From assembly GCF_006345805.1 (NCBI RefSeq), contig NC_042998.1:158286001-158350000 (forward strand): a stretch of DNA of 64,000 nt. The letters run 5' to 3'. The translations under genes and the position numbers were made by a program. The notes under the pieces are model-generated. The model was not told the origin of the DNA. It saw nothing but the letters and a program-made list of their open reading frames with translations, and did not search any database. The stretch comes from Octopus sinensis (lineage: Eukaryota). Within the stretch, counting starts at the first letter, position 1. Every line of letters starts with the position of its first letter. This document shows positions 27,136 through 42,101 of the stretch, one piece after another.

Positions 27136-27535
27136 GGCGGCGAGCTGGAAGAAACGTTAGCACGCCGGGCGAAATGCTTAGCGGCATTTCGTCTGCCGTT
27201 ACGTTCTGAGTTCAAATTTCGCCGAGGTCAACTTTGCCTTTCATCCTTTCGTGGTCGATTAGATAAGTACCAGTTACGCACTGGGGTCGATATAATCGAC
27301 TTAATCCGTTTGTCTGTCCTTGTTAGTCCCCTCTGTGTTTAGCCCCTTGTGGGTAGTAAAGAAATAGGTATTTCGTCTACCGTTACGTTGAGTTCAAATT
27401 CCGCCGAGGTCGACTTTGCGTTTCATCCTTTCGGGGTCGATAAATTAAGTACCAGTTACGCACTGGGGTCGATTTAAACGACTGGTCCCCCACTCCCCTA
27501 AAATTTCGAGCCTTGTGTTTAGAGTAGAAAAGATT
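27136..27535 (+). mobile_element. SINE family D, tandem partial copies (others 28060-28675 -, 22152-22355 +, 50290-50510 -, 18830-19010, 33965-34130)
   Basis: GGCGGCGAGCTGG..AAACGTTAGCACGCCGGGCGAAATGCTTAGCGG...GTTCTGAGTTCAAATT..GCCGAGGTCGACTTTGCCTTTCATCCTTTCGGGGTCG repeated within and between loci. Confidence 0.85.
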
Positions 27536-27736
27536 ATATGCAATATTATTTGTCACCATCTAAACGTTATTATTAAGTTGATTAGTTGTCTGTTGTCCCC
27601 ATTCATAAATCCATCGAATGCACCAGCAGAAATAAACAAACTTACTATTTCAGCCTGAATATATCTAAAACAATCTAAGAAAGAATAATTTTCTACGTCT
27701 CACCAGTCTCTGTCTGTCTATCTGTCAGTCTCTCTT

Positions 27737-27779
<43 letters not shown>

Positions 27780-29428
27780 AATATTGTTTGCGTCTTAGGA
27801 TTGTTGCTATTGAAGTAGAAATTTGCAAATTATAAAGAAGTAATGAGGATATACAACATGCCAAATACATTTGTTTGAATGAGGGGCCTCAAATTATTGG
27901 TATTGATATTTTTTTTCTTTTATGTGTTTCATTCATTAGACTGCGACCATGCTGGGGCATCGCCTTGAAGAACTTTTAGTCGAATGAATCAACCTTAGTA
28001 CTTATATTTTTAAACCTGATATTTATTATGTCAGTCTCTTATACTTTTCTACTCTAGGCACGAAGCCCTTGGAGAAGGGGCCAGTCGATTAGGTCGACCC
28101 CAGTACGCTACTGGTACTCAATTTATCGACCCCGAAAGGTTGAAAGGCAAAGCCGACCTCGGTGGAATTTGAACTCAGAACATGAGTATACCCATTTCTT
28201 TACTACCCACAGGGGGCTAAACACAGAGAGGACAAACAAGGACAGACAAACGGATTAAGTCGATTACATCAACCTCAGTGCGTAACTGGTACTTATCTAA
28301 TCGACCCCGAAAGGATGAAAGGCAAAGTTGACCTCGGCGGAATTTGAACTCAGAACGTAGCAGCAGACGAAATACCGCTAAGCATTTCGCCCGGCGTGCT
28401 AATGTTTCTTCCAGCTCACCGCCTTAAAACAAACGAAATACCTATTTCTTTACTACCCACAAGGGGCTAAACACTGAGAGGACAAACAAGGACAGACAAA
28501 CGGATTAAGTCGATTACATCGACCCCAGTGCGTAACTGGTACTTATCTAATCGACCCCGAAATGATGAAAGGCAAAGTCGACCTCGGCGGAATTTGAACT
28601 CAGAACGTAACGGTAGACGAAATACCTCAAAGCATTTCGCCCGGCGTGCTAACGTTTCTGCCAGCTCGCCGCCTTTATTATATCAGTCTCTTATTGCCTG
28701 TAATCTACGGGGTCGTAAGCAAACCAGCACTGGTTGTCAATCGGTAGTGGGGGAGAAACACACACACATACGCATACAGCGTAGTCATCGATGAGAATTA
28801 ACTCGACAGAAATCTCCAGTGATCTGAAAGCTTTTCCTTGCTATAGGGAGGTTATCTCCCTCGTCAGTCATTAAATAGTGCTCTGTATGTGGCTAAAAGT
28901 TGTTTTGACTCTTATTTCTAGCAAAGCTGGTGCTGACTTGCACCTTTAGTTACTTTAATGACGATTGTACTTGTGCCTTTCGATTTTAAATTGGAATGGC
29001 TGCGTGGTAAGTAGCTTGCTTACCAACCACATGGTTCTGGTTTCATTCCCAGTGCGTGGCACCTTGGGCAACTGTCCTCCACTATAGTCTCGGACCGATC
29101 AAAGCCATGTGAGTGGATTTGGTAGACGGAAACTGAAAGAAGCCCACCATATATATGTATATATGTGTTTGTGTGTGTGTGTGTGTGTATGTATGTACGT
29201 ATGTGTGTGTATATGTTTGTGCGTCTGTGTTTGTCTCCCCAACATCGCTTGACAGCCGATGGTGGTGTGTTTACGTCTCTGTAACTTAGCGGTTCGACAA
29301 AAGGGAGCGATAGAATAAGTATCAGGCTTCAAAAGAATAAGTCCTGAGGTCGATTTGCTGGACTAAATGCGGTGGTCCAGCATGGCCGCAGTCAAATGAC
29401 TGAAACAAATAAAAAGAGTAAAAGAGTA

Positions 29429-29470
<42 letters not shown>

Positions 29471-29552
29471 AAGGGTGAAAAGGAACACACGAGTTGATAT
29501 ATATGAAAAAACAAGTAAAAAATAGAAAATGCTAAAATAATTTTATAGTGAA

Positions 29553-29600
29553 CATTTCAGTACCGGTTTCGGTCATTTTGAGACCTTTTCAACTGTAACG
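29553..29600 (-). ncRNA. Hammerhead ribozyme with U3-A8 core, inverted copy of 30756-30803
   Basis: Exact reverse complement of 30756-30803. Confidence 0.78.
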
Positions 29601-30755
29601 ATTAAATAATTAAATTAGAAAAATTAGAAGAAGTTTTTTTAAAAGAATATTTCTATAGTAGTGTTCAGATTTAAGTGGCATTCTGCCTTCTCTGACTCCC
29701 TTGTTTGCACTTGTGTGTTCGAGGTAGTTGTGAGCTCTTGGTAGGGTAGTAGAGAGAAGGCTGGTGAGGAAAGGGGGGTGGGAGAATCTGGGAGTGCCCT
29801 GATGGTCGTATTTTGAATGGTCAGTGGCGGCTGGCAGTCTCAGTTCAATTCAGGAGAATATTTATATTGACAGGCTTCTTTATAGAATTAGCGTAGGTGT
29901 TATACTAAAAAACATTAGTGACAAACTTAAGGGGTAGGGGGTGGAGAAGAAGAAGAAGAAGAAGAAGAAGAAGAAGAAGAAGAAGGAGAAGGAGAAGATG
30001 ACGATGATGGTGATGGTGGTGATGATTATGACGACGATGATGATGATAACGATGATGATGAAGAAGAAGAAGAAGAAGAAGAAGAAGAAGGAGAAGGAGA
30101 AGATGGTGGTGATGATGGTGGCGATGATGATGATGCCGATGATGATGATAACGATGATGATGAAGAAGAAGAGGAAGAAGAAGAAGAAGAAAAAACAGAG
30201 AAGGGAGAATATGAATCAGCCCCTTCATAGCTATATTTACACCCATTCATATTCTCCCTTCTCTGTTTTTTCTTCTTCTTCTTCTTCCTCTTCTTCTTCA
30301 TCATCATCGTTATCATCATCATCGGCATCATCATCATCGCCACCATCATCACCACCATCTTCTCCTTCTCCTTCTTCTTCTTCTTCTTCTTCATCATCAT
30401 CGTTATCATCATCATCGTCGTCATAATCATCACCACCATCACCATCATCGTCATCTTCTCCTTCTCCTTCTTCTTCTTCTTCTTCTTCTTCTTCTCCACC
30501 CCCTACCCCTTAAGTTTGTCACTAATGTTTTTTAGTATAACACCTACGCTATCAGGGCACTCCCTGATTCTCCCACCCCCCTTTCCTCACCAGCCTTCTC
30601 TGTACTACCCTACCAAGAGCTCACAACTACCTCGAACACACAAGTGCAAACAAGGGAGTCAGAGAAAGGCAGAATGCCACTTAAATCTGAACACTACTAT
30701 GAAATATTCTTTTAAAAAAACTTTTCTTCTAATTTTTCTAAATTTAATATTTAAT

Positions 30756-30803
30756 CGTTACAGTTGAAAAGGTCTCAAAATGACCGAAACCGGTACTGAA
30801 ATG
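30756..30803 (+). ncRNA. Hammerhead ribozyme with U3-A8 core variant
   Basis: cgttacag-TTGAAAA-GGTC(tcaaaat)GACC-GAAA-CCGG-TA-ctgaaatg; helix III palindrome ACCGGT, GUA triplet. Confidence 0.78.
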
Positions 30804-30925
30804 TTCACTATAAAATTATTTTAGCATTTTCTATTTTTTACTTGTTTTTTTTTCATATATATATATATATATACATATATTACATATATTATATATATAC
30901 ATATATATATATAACATATATATAC

Positions 30926-30977
<52 letters not shown>

Positions 30978-31004
30978 ATATATAATCTATATGTATATAT
31001 ATAC

Positions 31005-31124
<120 letters not shown>

Positions 31125-32881
31125 CAGATATATATAAGTATATTCTTTTACTTGTTTCAGTCATGTGGGTGCGGCATGCTAGAGCACCACCTTTTAGTCG
31201 AACAAATCGACCCCAGGACTTATTTTCTTGTAAGCCTAGTACTTATTCTAACAGTCTCTTTCGAAATAGATTATGATTTTTGCTGCATATGTTGTCGCTT
31301 ATTCTGTCGTACAAAGTAGAAAATTTATTTTCCCAACTATGAGGAACGTAGTTGTGTAAGTGAAACTCAAATCTACAAATAATATAAATCACACTGGGAT
31401 TTGAAACAAGAGCAGTGTCTTCTGACTCTCCGTAAACTTTCCACTGATGAACACTCTTCTGTTGTGCATATTTCATTTTACTCTATTTATTAAACCTGTC
31501 TACTCAAACAAACAGTTTCGAAAAAGAGGAAGATATTCGACCTCGGAGATGACAAAGCTTTGATATGTTTTTCTATGCCTGGGTACCCGGCGGAAACCTG
31601 GAAACGAAAATAACTTTTCCGAATAATGATCTCATCTAAACTGATGCGCTCGAATGCAATGAAGCAATAAAGAAAAGAAAGGAAGTGTGTATAAGGGGCA
31701 GCATAAAGAAAGTTGAGAAATGGGGAATACAGAAAAAGGCGGAAGGTTAGAGAGATAAAGAGCGCTAAACATATCGGTTTGAAGGCAATAATGGCAGGAA
31801 TCTCAGCGCTGACGGTCAGCTGAAAAGACACTTCAATAAGCGTCATTTCTTCGTTGTATTTCTTGAAACAAGTTGCTATATCCATGGTAGTTGGTCCGTT
31901 GCCAGTGAAAATAGAATGGACAGGAAAAGAAACGGAGTCTCTTGTAGCTTCGCTATTTTTGTTAGTTGTAAAAGTTGAAATGATAGGCCTGGTTGCACCA
32001 ACTGCGGCACCAGATCCATTTAACTATATTCCGGACTCAATGCATTACATTACTAATTAATTTTCCGTCAAGATCTATTCTTATCGAAGGAAAAAGATTT
32101 TTCTTCAATAATTTCTATGCTTATTTCTTTTACTTCCTTGTTTTCTTTCCCTTTCACATTTTTCTCGATATCCAATAATATTCTTAAGAAGTAATTGTTT
32201 GGTGAAAATTCGCTACCATTCCGTCGACTAACTTTCTCTTGGTTTCTTTCTTTCCTTCTTTACATTCCTTCCACAAGTAGATTTGTTTGATCGTTTCATC
32301 AATTCAAACGACCACCTTGTCATTCTTTCGCACTATAAGTTTCTTTTCTTCCTACTGTATATACAGACACACGCAAGTACACACATACATACGCACGTGG
32401 ACATATGTGCGTGTGTGCGTATGTGCACGCACACACACACATACTCACACAGGCATGCAGAAATATTATGTGTTTCTGTATGCCCACACACGCACGCAGA
32501 AACACCGTGTGAGGGGATCGTTCCAATGAACTCATTGTCCTTTTTTGTACTTGTAAAACACTGAGGTCGATTTAAGGGTTTCATTTACTGTTCCATTCCT
32601 CCGTTCTATTAGTTTTCTACTTATGTTATATATTATAAACATACAGAACAGATGAAACAAAAAAATCACAAGAAAAATATCCTCGCGTAGTTCAGTTCTG
32701 TCTCTTTACGTTCAAATTCCGCTTAATGCCCTACACCCCTGCATCGAAATATAGTATCTTATTAAGAGAGGATAATGAGAGCATGTTTGAGCATATGTAT
32801 GCTTGTATATATATATGTCCCCTTTTGTATTACTTAGTTGTCCAGTTGTTTTGCGTTCATGTCCCATTTTGTATTTCATTT

Positions 32882-32930
<49 letters not shown>

Positions 32931-32979
32931 TGTAATATTAATGTTCAGGAGAATTTGGCACTTAAATGAGAATTAAAAT

Positions 32980-33023
<44 letters not shown>

Positions 33024-34204
33024 TATATATATAATATATATATAACTCATCGATAGTTTCAATTAAATCAATTAGGCCTCAAAATCACTGTTACTACTGA
33101 CCTGTCAAAAGTCGATTTTTTTTATACATATTTCCCAAGATCTAAACTTTTGCTCTTGTAAACCGTACTATAAGCGAAACGAGAAACTCTCCTACGTATA
33201 TAACCCCTACAGTGTTTAAAAACCTTATAGCTAACATTAGTAATAGGCTATCTAATTTCTCTTCATCTGAAAATATATTTGATAAGACAGCCCCCAACTA
33301 TAACAATACCCTAGCTAACGGTAACTTTAAAGACAAAATACATTACAACTCTTAAAGTAATATATGTATCATAAAAATAGATCCTGGAAAAAAATTTGTT
33401 CGCCATGTTAAAGGTGAAACACCATCAACAAACGTTGTTTGTTTATTACAAGTTGATCAATAGTACCAATTGATACAGTTATATATACAAGTTTTCCTCC
33501 ACTGAATTTGGTCATTATCAACTTCAATCACGTCAAAGTCAACCTCACACTTGTCATTGTCAGCCTCAATTTCATTATCTTCAATCTTGATTATATTGTC
33601 GTCAATTTAAATCTCATCGTTGTAAGATGGAGCGGTTCTTTTTCTTCTTTTCTTTTATGAACAAACATCGACAACAGTGTTTACATGCTACATAATTGTA
33701 AAAAATTCAAGCACTAAAAAATTTTAATTGTCGCACCTTACATTACCGTAAATATATACACATTTATTACAGTACATGTAAAACTACACACTGTACTGCA
33801 CATATATTTAACACGAAAGAGAAAAGTGTATGACATCTATTTAAACTTTTATTTGCATGAATAATTCTTAACTCCCTTAACGTTTCACAGAAAAATTCAA
33901 TATAATCATTTTTGGTGGTTAAGGTGAGTCCGGTGCTCAACAATATAAGTATTTATGCAATGCAGCGAGTTAGCAGAATCGTTAGCACGCGGGGCAGAGT
34001 GCTTAGCTGTATTTCGTCCATCTTTATGTACTAGATAAAAGTCCGCCGATCTCGACTTTGCCTTTTGGAGAAGGTAAAGTCCGTACCAGGTAAGCGACTT
34101 ATGCCTCCTTTGAAACTGCTGGTCTTGGGAAAAATTTGAATCGAATCTACGTATTTGTAAATATACTCACAGGATACAGAAATTGCATGTGCGTATGTAT
34201 GTAC

Positions 34205-34238
<34 letters not shown>

Positions 34239-34244
34239 TATATA

Positions 34245-35172
34245 TATATATGTATGTGTGTGGTGTATGTATTAGCAAGAATATCTTTCGGAAGAGGGTT
34301 TCCATAAAGGATCGAGGGATATCAGGTGGACCCATGCTGATAAAACGCATTTACTTACCTATATTACAGAATCCCCAAAATAATATATATATATTTGTAT
34401 GTGGTGTGCCTGTGTGTGTGTGTGTGCGCACGCGAGAGTTGCACGTTTACGTGCATGTTTGCTTATATGTATGTATGAAGGTATTTGAGTATGGAGATAT
34501 GTCAACTGACATGTACGGATGTATTCATATGTGTGTATGTGCATGCATGTTTATGTGACCACATGTATGTGTGTGTACCTGTTTGTGTGTTTGTATGCGT
34601 GCGTATCTAAATATGAAATATATATACACAAGCAAACTAACTTTTGCTCGACATATAGACTTTAGAGGACATCACAGCTATAGAAGAATCTTCTGCCGGC
34701 GGTAGTAGCTATTAAGATATCGTGAATCGCGTCTGTATCAGTGTGGGGCTGTTGGTATATATGTGAGGAGAGCTATGAGTGTGTGTGTGAGGAGGGTTAT
34801 ATGGGTTAAGGTGAGAGACTGTACATGTGGGTTTATGTGGGGCGGTGCCTGTGAAGTTTTTGGTGTGAGGAAAAATAATTATCACTGACCAGAAGAATTT
34901 TGACTGACATGGGAAGCTGACGTTATTGCATACACCTAACAAAACGTAGAAATACATGTACATGTACATAGACAGATATGAACGTATGCAAGCACTCACA
35001 TATCAATTAATATGTTTAGTCATGGGTATATTTATACATTATATGTATGTGTGTGTGTGTTCATAAATATATATATACATATGTAAGTGCATATATATTA
35101 TATATATAATAATCATATATATACACATATATAGCATATATATACACACATATTATATATGCATATATATAT

Positions 35173-35227
<55 letters not shown>

Positions 35228-36126
35228 ATGTATTAGCAAGAATATCTTTCGGAAGAGGGTTTCCATAAAGGATCGAGGGATATCAAGGTGAACCATGCTG
35301 ATAAAACGCAGTTTACTTACCTATATTACAGAATCCCCAAAATAATAATATATATATTTGTATGTGGTGTGCCTGTGTGTGTGTGTGTGCGCACGCGAGA
35401 GTTGCACGTTTACGTGCATGTTTGCTTATATGTATGTATGAAGGTATTTGAGTATGGAGATATGTCAACTGACATGTACGGATGTATTCATATGTGTGTA
35501 TGTGCATGCATGTTTATGTGACCACATGTATGTGTGTGTACCTGTTTGTGTGTTTTATGCGTGCGTATCTAAATATGAAATATATATACACAAGCAAACT
35601 AACTTTTGCTCGACATATAGACTTTAGAGGACATCACAGCTATAGAAGAATCTTCTGCCGCGCGGTAGTAGCTATTAAGATATCGTGAATCGCGTCTGTA
35701 TCAGTGTGGGGCTGTTGGTTATATGTGAGGAGAGCTATGAGTGTGTGTGTGAGGAGGGTTTATGGGTTAAGGTGAGAGACTGTACATGTGGGTTTATGTG
35801 GGGCGGTGCCTGTGAAGTTTTTGGTGTGAGGAAAAATAATTATCACTGACCAGAAGAATTTTGACTGACATGGGAAGCTGACGTTATTGCATACACCTAA
35901 CAAAACGTAGAAATACATGTACATGTACATAGACAGATATGAACGTATGCAAGCACTCACATATCAATTAATATGTTTAGTCATGGGTATATTTATACAT
36001 ATATATGTATGTGTGTGTGTGTTCATAAATATATATATACATATGTAAGTGCATATATATAATATATATATATATATACATATATATACACATATATATG
36101 CATATATATACACACATATATATATA

Positions 36127-36180
<54 letters not shown>
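34245..36180. repeat. Near-identical tandem duplication, unit about 965 bp
   Basis: 34245-35210 and 35215-36180 share the same non-repetitive blocks (tattagcaagaatatctttcggaagagggtttcc ... gaattttgactgacatgggaagctg); differences are mostly 1-bp indels. Confidence 0.9.
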
Positions 36181-36184
<4 letters not shown>

Positions 36185-36313
36185 GTGGAGGCGCAATGGC
36201 CCAGTAGTACATGCAAACACACACACTATATATATATTATATATATATATGTGTGTGTATGTATATGTGTATATATATATATATATATTTACATATGTAT
36301 ACATATACATATA

Positions 36314-36345
<32 letters not shown>

Positions 36346-36373
36346 GAGACAGAGAGAGAGAGAGAGAGGGCGT

Positions 36374-36460
<87 letters not shown>

Positions 36461-37209
36461 AATAATATGTAGAGGCGCAATGACCCAGTGGTTGGGACAG
36501 CGGACTCGCGGTCGTAGGATCGCGGTTTCGATTCCCAGACCTGGCGTTGTGAGTGTATATTGAGCGAAACCAGGGAATGGTGGCGATCCCTGCTGTACTC
36601 TTTCGCCAAAACTTTTTGAAACTCTTCCTTCTGTTGGCCTGCTCGCTTAGCCAGCGGGGTGGCGTCATTTGAAGAAAAAAACAATGCGAAGTGCATTGTG
36701 ACCAGCGATGTGTAGCAACATCTGATACTCTGGTCGGCCACGGTGATCACGGTGAGATATATATAATATATATAGATAGATGGATAGATAGACAGACAGA
36801 TAGATAGATATGTATGTGCGTGTTTGTATGTGTTCATATTTGGATAGTAATATGTATGTGTCTGTATTTGTCAGTGTGTCTGTGTTTGTCTTTATATATA
36901 CATATATATATATACATACACACACATGCACACAACCACACACACACATATATAGCATACCTTCCTCTCTTCTTCCTCATCCCATTTGCGTGTTGGACTT
37001 CAACACACTTCTACACCACACCACATATTTCACCAGCATGTCCAGTAGACACACAGACAGAGAGATGCTCAATTTAGGTTTCTGTCCAACCAATGTCTAG
37101 ATAACGGACAAGTAATTTCTTCATTTTGACTGCTTTTGCGACTGGCTTCTGCAGAGCTGAACATGAACACTAACTAGCCAACTAATGATGAAGATAGTGT
37201 GTGTTGTTT

Positions 37210-37252
<43 letters not shown>

Positions 37253-37476
37253 TGTGTGTGTGAGTGTGTGTGTGTTATTGTATGTGTTTTGTGTGTGCGT
37301 GTATGTATGTGTGTAGGTGTAGGTTTGGTGCGCTCTGTCTCTCTGATACACTCTCCCAATATTGATTAGAAAGGATTTTACTGTCTCATATACTCACATA
37401 CACGTACGCACATACCGACTTCTGCATACCCCATACACACGCAGGTTTGTAGAATGAGAGGCAAGGAGACAGGCAC

Positions 37477-37511
<35 letters not shown>

Positions 37512-37542
37512 CATTTATATATATATAATATAATATATATAT

Positions 37543-37580
<38 letters not shown>

Positions 37581-37618
37581 GATAGATGGATTGATGGATG
37601 GTTGGATGGATGGATAAC

Positions 37619-37682
<64 letters not shown>

Positions 37683-37683
37683 A

Positions 37684-37751
<68 letters not shown>

Positions 37752-39385
37752 GTGCATGTATATGCATTATCAAGAATTGTTTGATAGACCGACATAAGGG
37801 TCCTTTTTCGGAGACAAATAAATGTTGTGTGCGCATATGCATAACCCACATGCTTACACTCATACACACACAAATACACGTGCACTTGCGCAATCATAGA
37901 AACATATGTAGAAAAGTGTTCTAAGGAAAATAACGTCTGTGGCAAAATTGAGAAAATCCAGGTAACTGAGGGGTTGAATGACGTGCATAAAAATTTACAA
38001 TTAACTGAAATTCGCTATATATTTAGTGAAGGTTTGCAAAAAACACCATTAATTATTAGCGATCTCTCAAATAAAGGTAGTGATAAGTTCAAAAAATCGA
38101 AAACTAGTTACACACAGAATTAAATAGGTAAGCTGATAGCGCGAGGATGAGTCTAATCTTTGTTAGCTAACAAGGGACTACTCTTAATCTTGTTTTGATA
38201 ATAGATACAAGTATTTTATAAAGACATATTTTGCATTTAAATCTGCCGCAACCTATTATGTGGAAAACATAGTTTAAGATCTAGCTGCACATAATGCAAA
38301 TAATCATTACTTTTTGTAGTTGGCAGATATATACACTGATTAGAAAACAGTTTTGTTCGGTAAAACTATAAACAACGTCACAAGTTTGTTTAGACTCAAA
38401 AGGTCCCGTAATTCTGGCTGACGATAGACAATGGTGTCTCTGAATCCCTTGTGCCTATGAGCTGAAAATGTGTTGCACATAACAGCGACTAGCATATTTA
38501 CGTTTGAATCTGCTGGGATATATATGCAAATCATCGTTTCAGATCTCGCAGTACACAATAAAAATAATTTCTTTTTTATCGATTGGCAGGTATAAACGCT
38601 AATCAGAAGTTTGTTCACTGAAACTATAAACAAAGTTAATGCTCAAAGGTCTGTTTACTTCTGGCTGACTAGACACATATCATAGCACTGGCATCCTGTA
38701 TCCCTTATACCAATGCGCCGAGTGAGTTACGAAGATTTTAATCCCAAGTCACAATTCATAATTTTCTTTCTTTCCTTCCTTCCTTCCTTCTTTCTTTCTT
38801 TCTTCTTTCTTTCTTTCTTTCTTTTCTTTTTAGAATTGTTTGTATGAAAAATTCAGTAAATTACCACCTGCCTGAAGGGTACCGATAATCTATAAGAGCT
38901 ATTTATCTTAGCTCACGATTTTTTCATTAATTTTGCTATGATGCATGTTTTTTACATTTTCTACTCATAAACAACACTTTTCTCTGCCTAATCAGTATTG
39001 AGAAGACCATATTTTGCTACCGATGGCTAAAAGTATGCTTGCTGTAACTGAAGTCTTGTTTCAAGAAGATGATGAAGGAGAGAAGAGAAGAAGAAGAAGA
39101 AGAAGAAGAGAAGAAGAAGAAGAAGAAGAAGAAGAAGAAGAAGAAGAAGAAGAGAAGAAGAAGACGGATGATGATGATGATAATGAGGAGGAGGAGGAGG
39201 TGGAGGAGGAGGAGGAGGCGAGCAGTATTTACAGTCTGCTGCAGAAATTCGCTTCAGTGTCATCTGGCTCCACGTTTGATTCGATAGCTGGGCTCTTTGG
39301 GAAAATATATTATAACACAGAGTTTATATAGCTTACACATTGTCACTGAAAATTTGGTATGGTTAAAAGTACATATATGTATGTA

Positions 39386-39906
39386 CCGTAAATCCTCGAG
39401 TATAGTCCGCCCTTGAGTATAATACGCAGGGGATTTTTAGGGGGCTGTACCTCTGGAAAATCAAAACCTTGTGTATAATACGCACCCCTTCTCTAACTTG
39501 AGTTGTGCGTAATTAACCCAGCAACACCTAGACGAACAAACACTTGCACGCATGCGTAATACAATAATGGTGATGTTCTTAACTGTTATATGGGAATGTA
39601 AATATGTTTGTCAATTGTTTTTGTTACATGTTATTCTGTGTTCTGAATACTTCTATTTTAATAAATGTTGCTTACTGCAAGTTATGGATAATTGTTTTAT
39701 GACTTCATTGCTTTCAGGCTTAGCTTAAGATATTTTCGTGCCCGACATCACAAAATGCGTCTGAATAAATATTGCCAGAGAGCAAATAGAGAATCGGACA
39801 TTGCTTAGAAAATATTTTTCATTTTTAACTTCGTATATAGTACGCACTAGGGATTTTGAACATTAAATTTTGGGAAAAAATGCGGATTATACTCGAGGAT
39901 TTACGG
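39386..39906. mobile_element. Tigger/pogo-type MITE (521 bp)
   Basis: TIRs CCGTAAATCCTCGAGTATA.TCCGC / GCGGATTATACTCGAGGATTTACGG, TA on both sides, subterminal gtata.tacgca repeats, no ORF. Confidence 0.88.
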
Positions 39907-40324
39907 TATGTATGTATGTATGTATGTATGTATGTATGTATGTATGCAGGTAGGTAGGTAGATAGGTAGGTAGGTAGGTAGATAGGTAGGTAGGTAGGTA
40001 GGTAGGTAGGTAGGTAGGTAGGTAGGTATTATGTACACATTGCTGTGTGTTAAAAAGTTTGGTTCCCAACCATATAGTTTCGGGTTATATATGGTTATAA
40101 ACTTAATCATGAATTAAAAAATTTCTAAGAAGTCGTATAACTATCCTCTACCAATCTAATCCTATTCAAAACATATACTAAATTGAGCCATGAACTCCCC
40201 ATAAGAATAGGGCAAGCCTCAATCGCTAGTCAGAAGTAAGGCAGCTGCGACGTAAGCCACGTCTTCCTGTCTGAACTTTTTGAAAATCACCCGTGTGGAA
40301 TAAAATAACTTTGTTCTCTCTCTT

Positions 40325-40359
<35 letters not shown>

Positions 40360-40444
40360 GTGTGTGTGTGTTGTGTGTGTGTGTGTGTGTGTTTATAGAT
40401 ATATGTATGTGTGTATGCATGTATGTATGTATGCAGGTATATAT

Positions 40445-41125
40445 ATATAAACAAAACAAAAAATGGAACAAGAACATAACAAGCGACAACAAAACATTCA
40501 GACAGTTAGACGATACAAAAAGGACAGGGAAAAACAAGAGCGGGTCATTCGGTGCTTTCACTTTTCAGCCGAATACCAGATCGTCTTTGCAGTTTTGGCC
40601 AGTTACTCTCGTGAATGCTCTAATCTCGCCGACCCCAAGAAAATCTAAGCAAGCGAATGTATGCGAAAATAAGGACGAAAAAAAGACGGTGAAATTGTAC
40701 ACAATTACAAATACAAACAACAGGACATTAACAACAGGGTCTTTCGACTAAGGATAAATTGAATTAAGCTGGCGTGTATGGAAGTGAAACCTTACGGCAG
40801 GAATATACAAGATAAAAGTCATGGGAAGGAATATAAGAGGCGCTACACGAATGGTAGTCGAACCAAGAAAGAAAGGTCAGGCTTGAACGAACACCGGTCA
40901 CGTGGAAGGAGAGGAGAGAGGTAGTGGTAGAGGGATTGAAGAATTAGGGAAGGACGAGAAATAGAGAAAAAAGGAAAGGGACAGAATGAGGCAAAGGAGG
41001 AAGGAAAGTGCTGAGAGTGAAGGAAAGGTCAAGAAATTTGAGAGAGGGTACGAGCGAGAAAAGTAGAAGTGAAAGAAACGAAGAGTGTGAAAGGGGATGA
41101 AAGAAAGAGTAAAAGAGTCGCAGAG
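40445..41125 (-). mobile_element. PLE-like 3' end family G with pyrimidine-rich UTR on the minus strand (other copies 41195-41425, 41600-41800 rearranged, 63555-63790)
   Basis: Four alignable copies of the acaagaac...gacgatacaaaaa...gggtcattc...aatcttcag...tttcggc block. The PLE assignment rests only on architecture. Confidence 0.55.
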
Positions 41126-41147
41126 ATTATATATATATAATATTATT

Positions 41148-41181
<34 letters not shown>

Positions 41182-42027
41182 CTTACATACAGGAGACCAA
41201 AAGTGTACGTACGCCGCTATAAGTATATAAAAAAAATTGAACAAGAACGTAACAGGCGACAACAAATCATTCGGACAGTTAGACGATTCAAAAAAGGACA
41301 GGGAAAAACAATGACGGGTAATTCCGGAGCTTTCAATCTTCAGTTGAGTACCAGATCGTCTTTGCAGTTTCGGCCTGTTACTCTCGAGACTGCTCTTATC
41401 TGGACGGTAACAATAAAATCTAACCCATACACACACACACACACACACACATATATGTATTGGTACATATATATATGTGTGTGGGGGGTGTAGGTGTCGG
41501 TGTGTAATAACACCTGCTTGCACTTCTATAAAAGCAAAAACCACAGACATTTTGTGAAATCTCTTACCAAAGATTAGTGCCTTTCGACTTTCTAAAACGG
41601 TTCCTCACTCATTGTTTTTCCCTGTCCTTTTTTGTATCGTCTAACTTTTTTGTATCGTCTTACTTCAGACAAGAACCGGATCATCCTCGCAATTTCGGCT
41701 GATTAATCTTGAGATTGCTCCGATCTGGAGAGCCCCAAAGGAAAATCTAAGCCAAGTGCATTAGATTCCTTGGAAGAAAGCCTCGAATGTATACAAAACA
41801 AGGACGGAAAACCGGACGATGTTACACAAATAAAAATACAAAAATACGTAAAAACAATAATGATAACACGAATAAGTGTACAAAAATACGTACAAATGAA
41901 TAAGGTACTTAATTTAGCTGCACCAGAATTCTGTATGGTGTTATCCAAATAAATTCGTGGGGTGATTATAATCAAAACAAGCAACATATATATATAGCAA
42001 CACACACACACACATTATAGATATACT

Positions 42028-42101
<74 letters not shown>

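Larger units (their letters stand above)
29498..30860. repeat. Large fold-back (about 700-bp arms, 28-bp spacer at 30217-30244) of a PLE-type 3' end
   Basis: 29498-30216 is the reverse complement of 30245-30860. The right arm lacks about 85 bp (left-arm 29804-29889) and has shorter GAA/GAT runs. An HHR lies near each outer end. Confidence 0.85.

Noticed and set aside
29905-30499. Poly-K/M/S/H ORFs (also 39014-39331, 59295-59714, 61040-61333, 62740-62991)
   Set aside because: Trinucleotide repeat tracts; the 29.9-30.5 kb pair are simply the two arms of the fold-back.
31243-32008. Two minus-strand ORFs (131 aa and 77 aa) as a gene
   Set aside because: No recognisable domain. Part is a pyrimidine-rich tract like a PLE 3' UTR, with only a faint GIY-YIG C-terminal resemblance; could not be supported.
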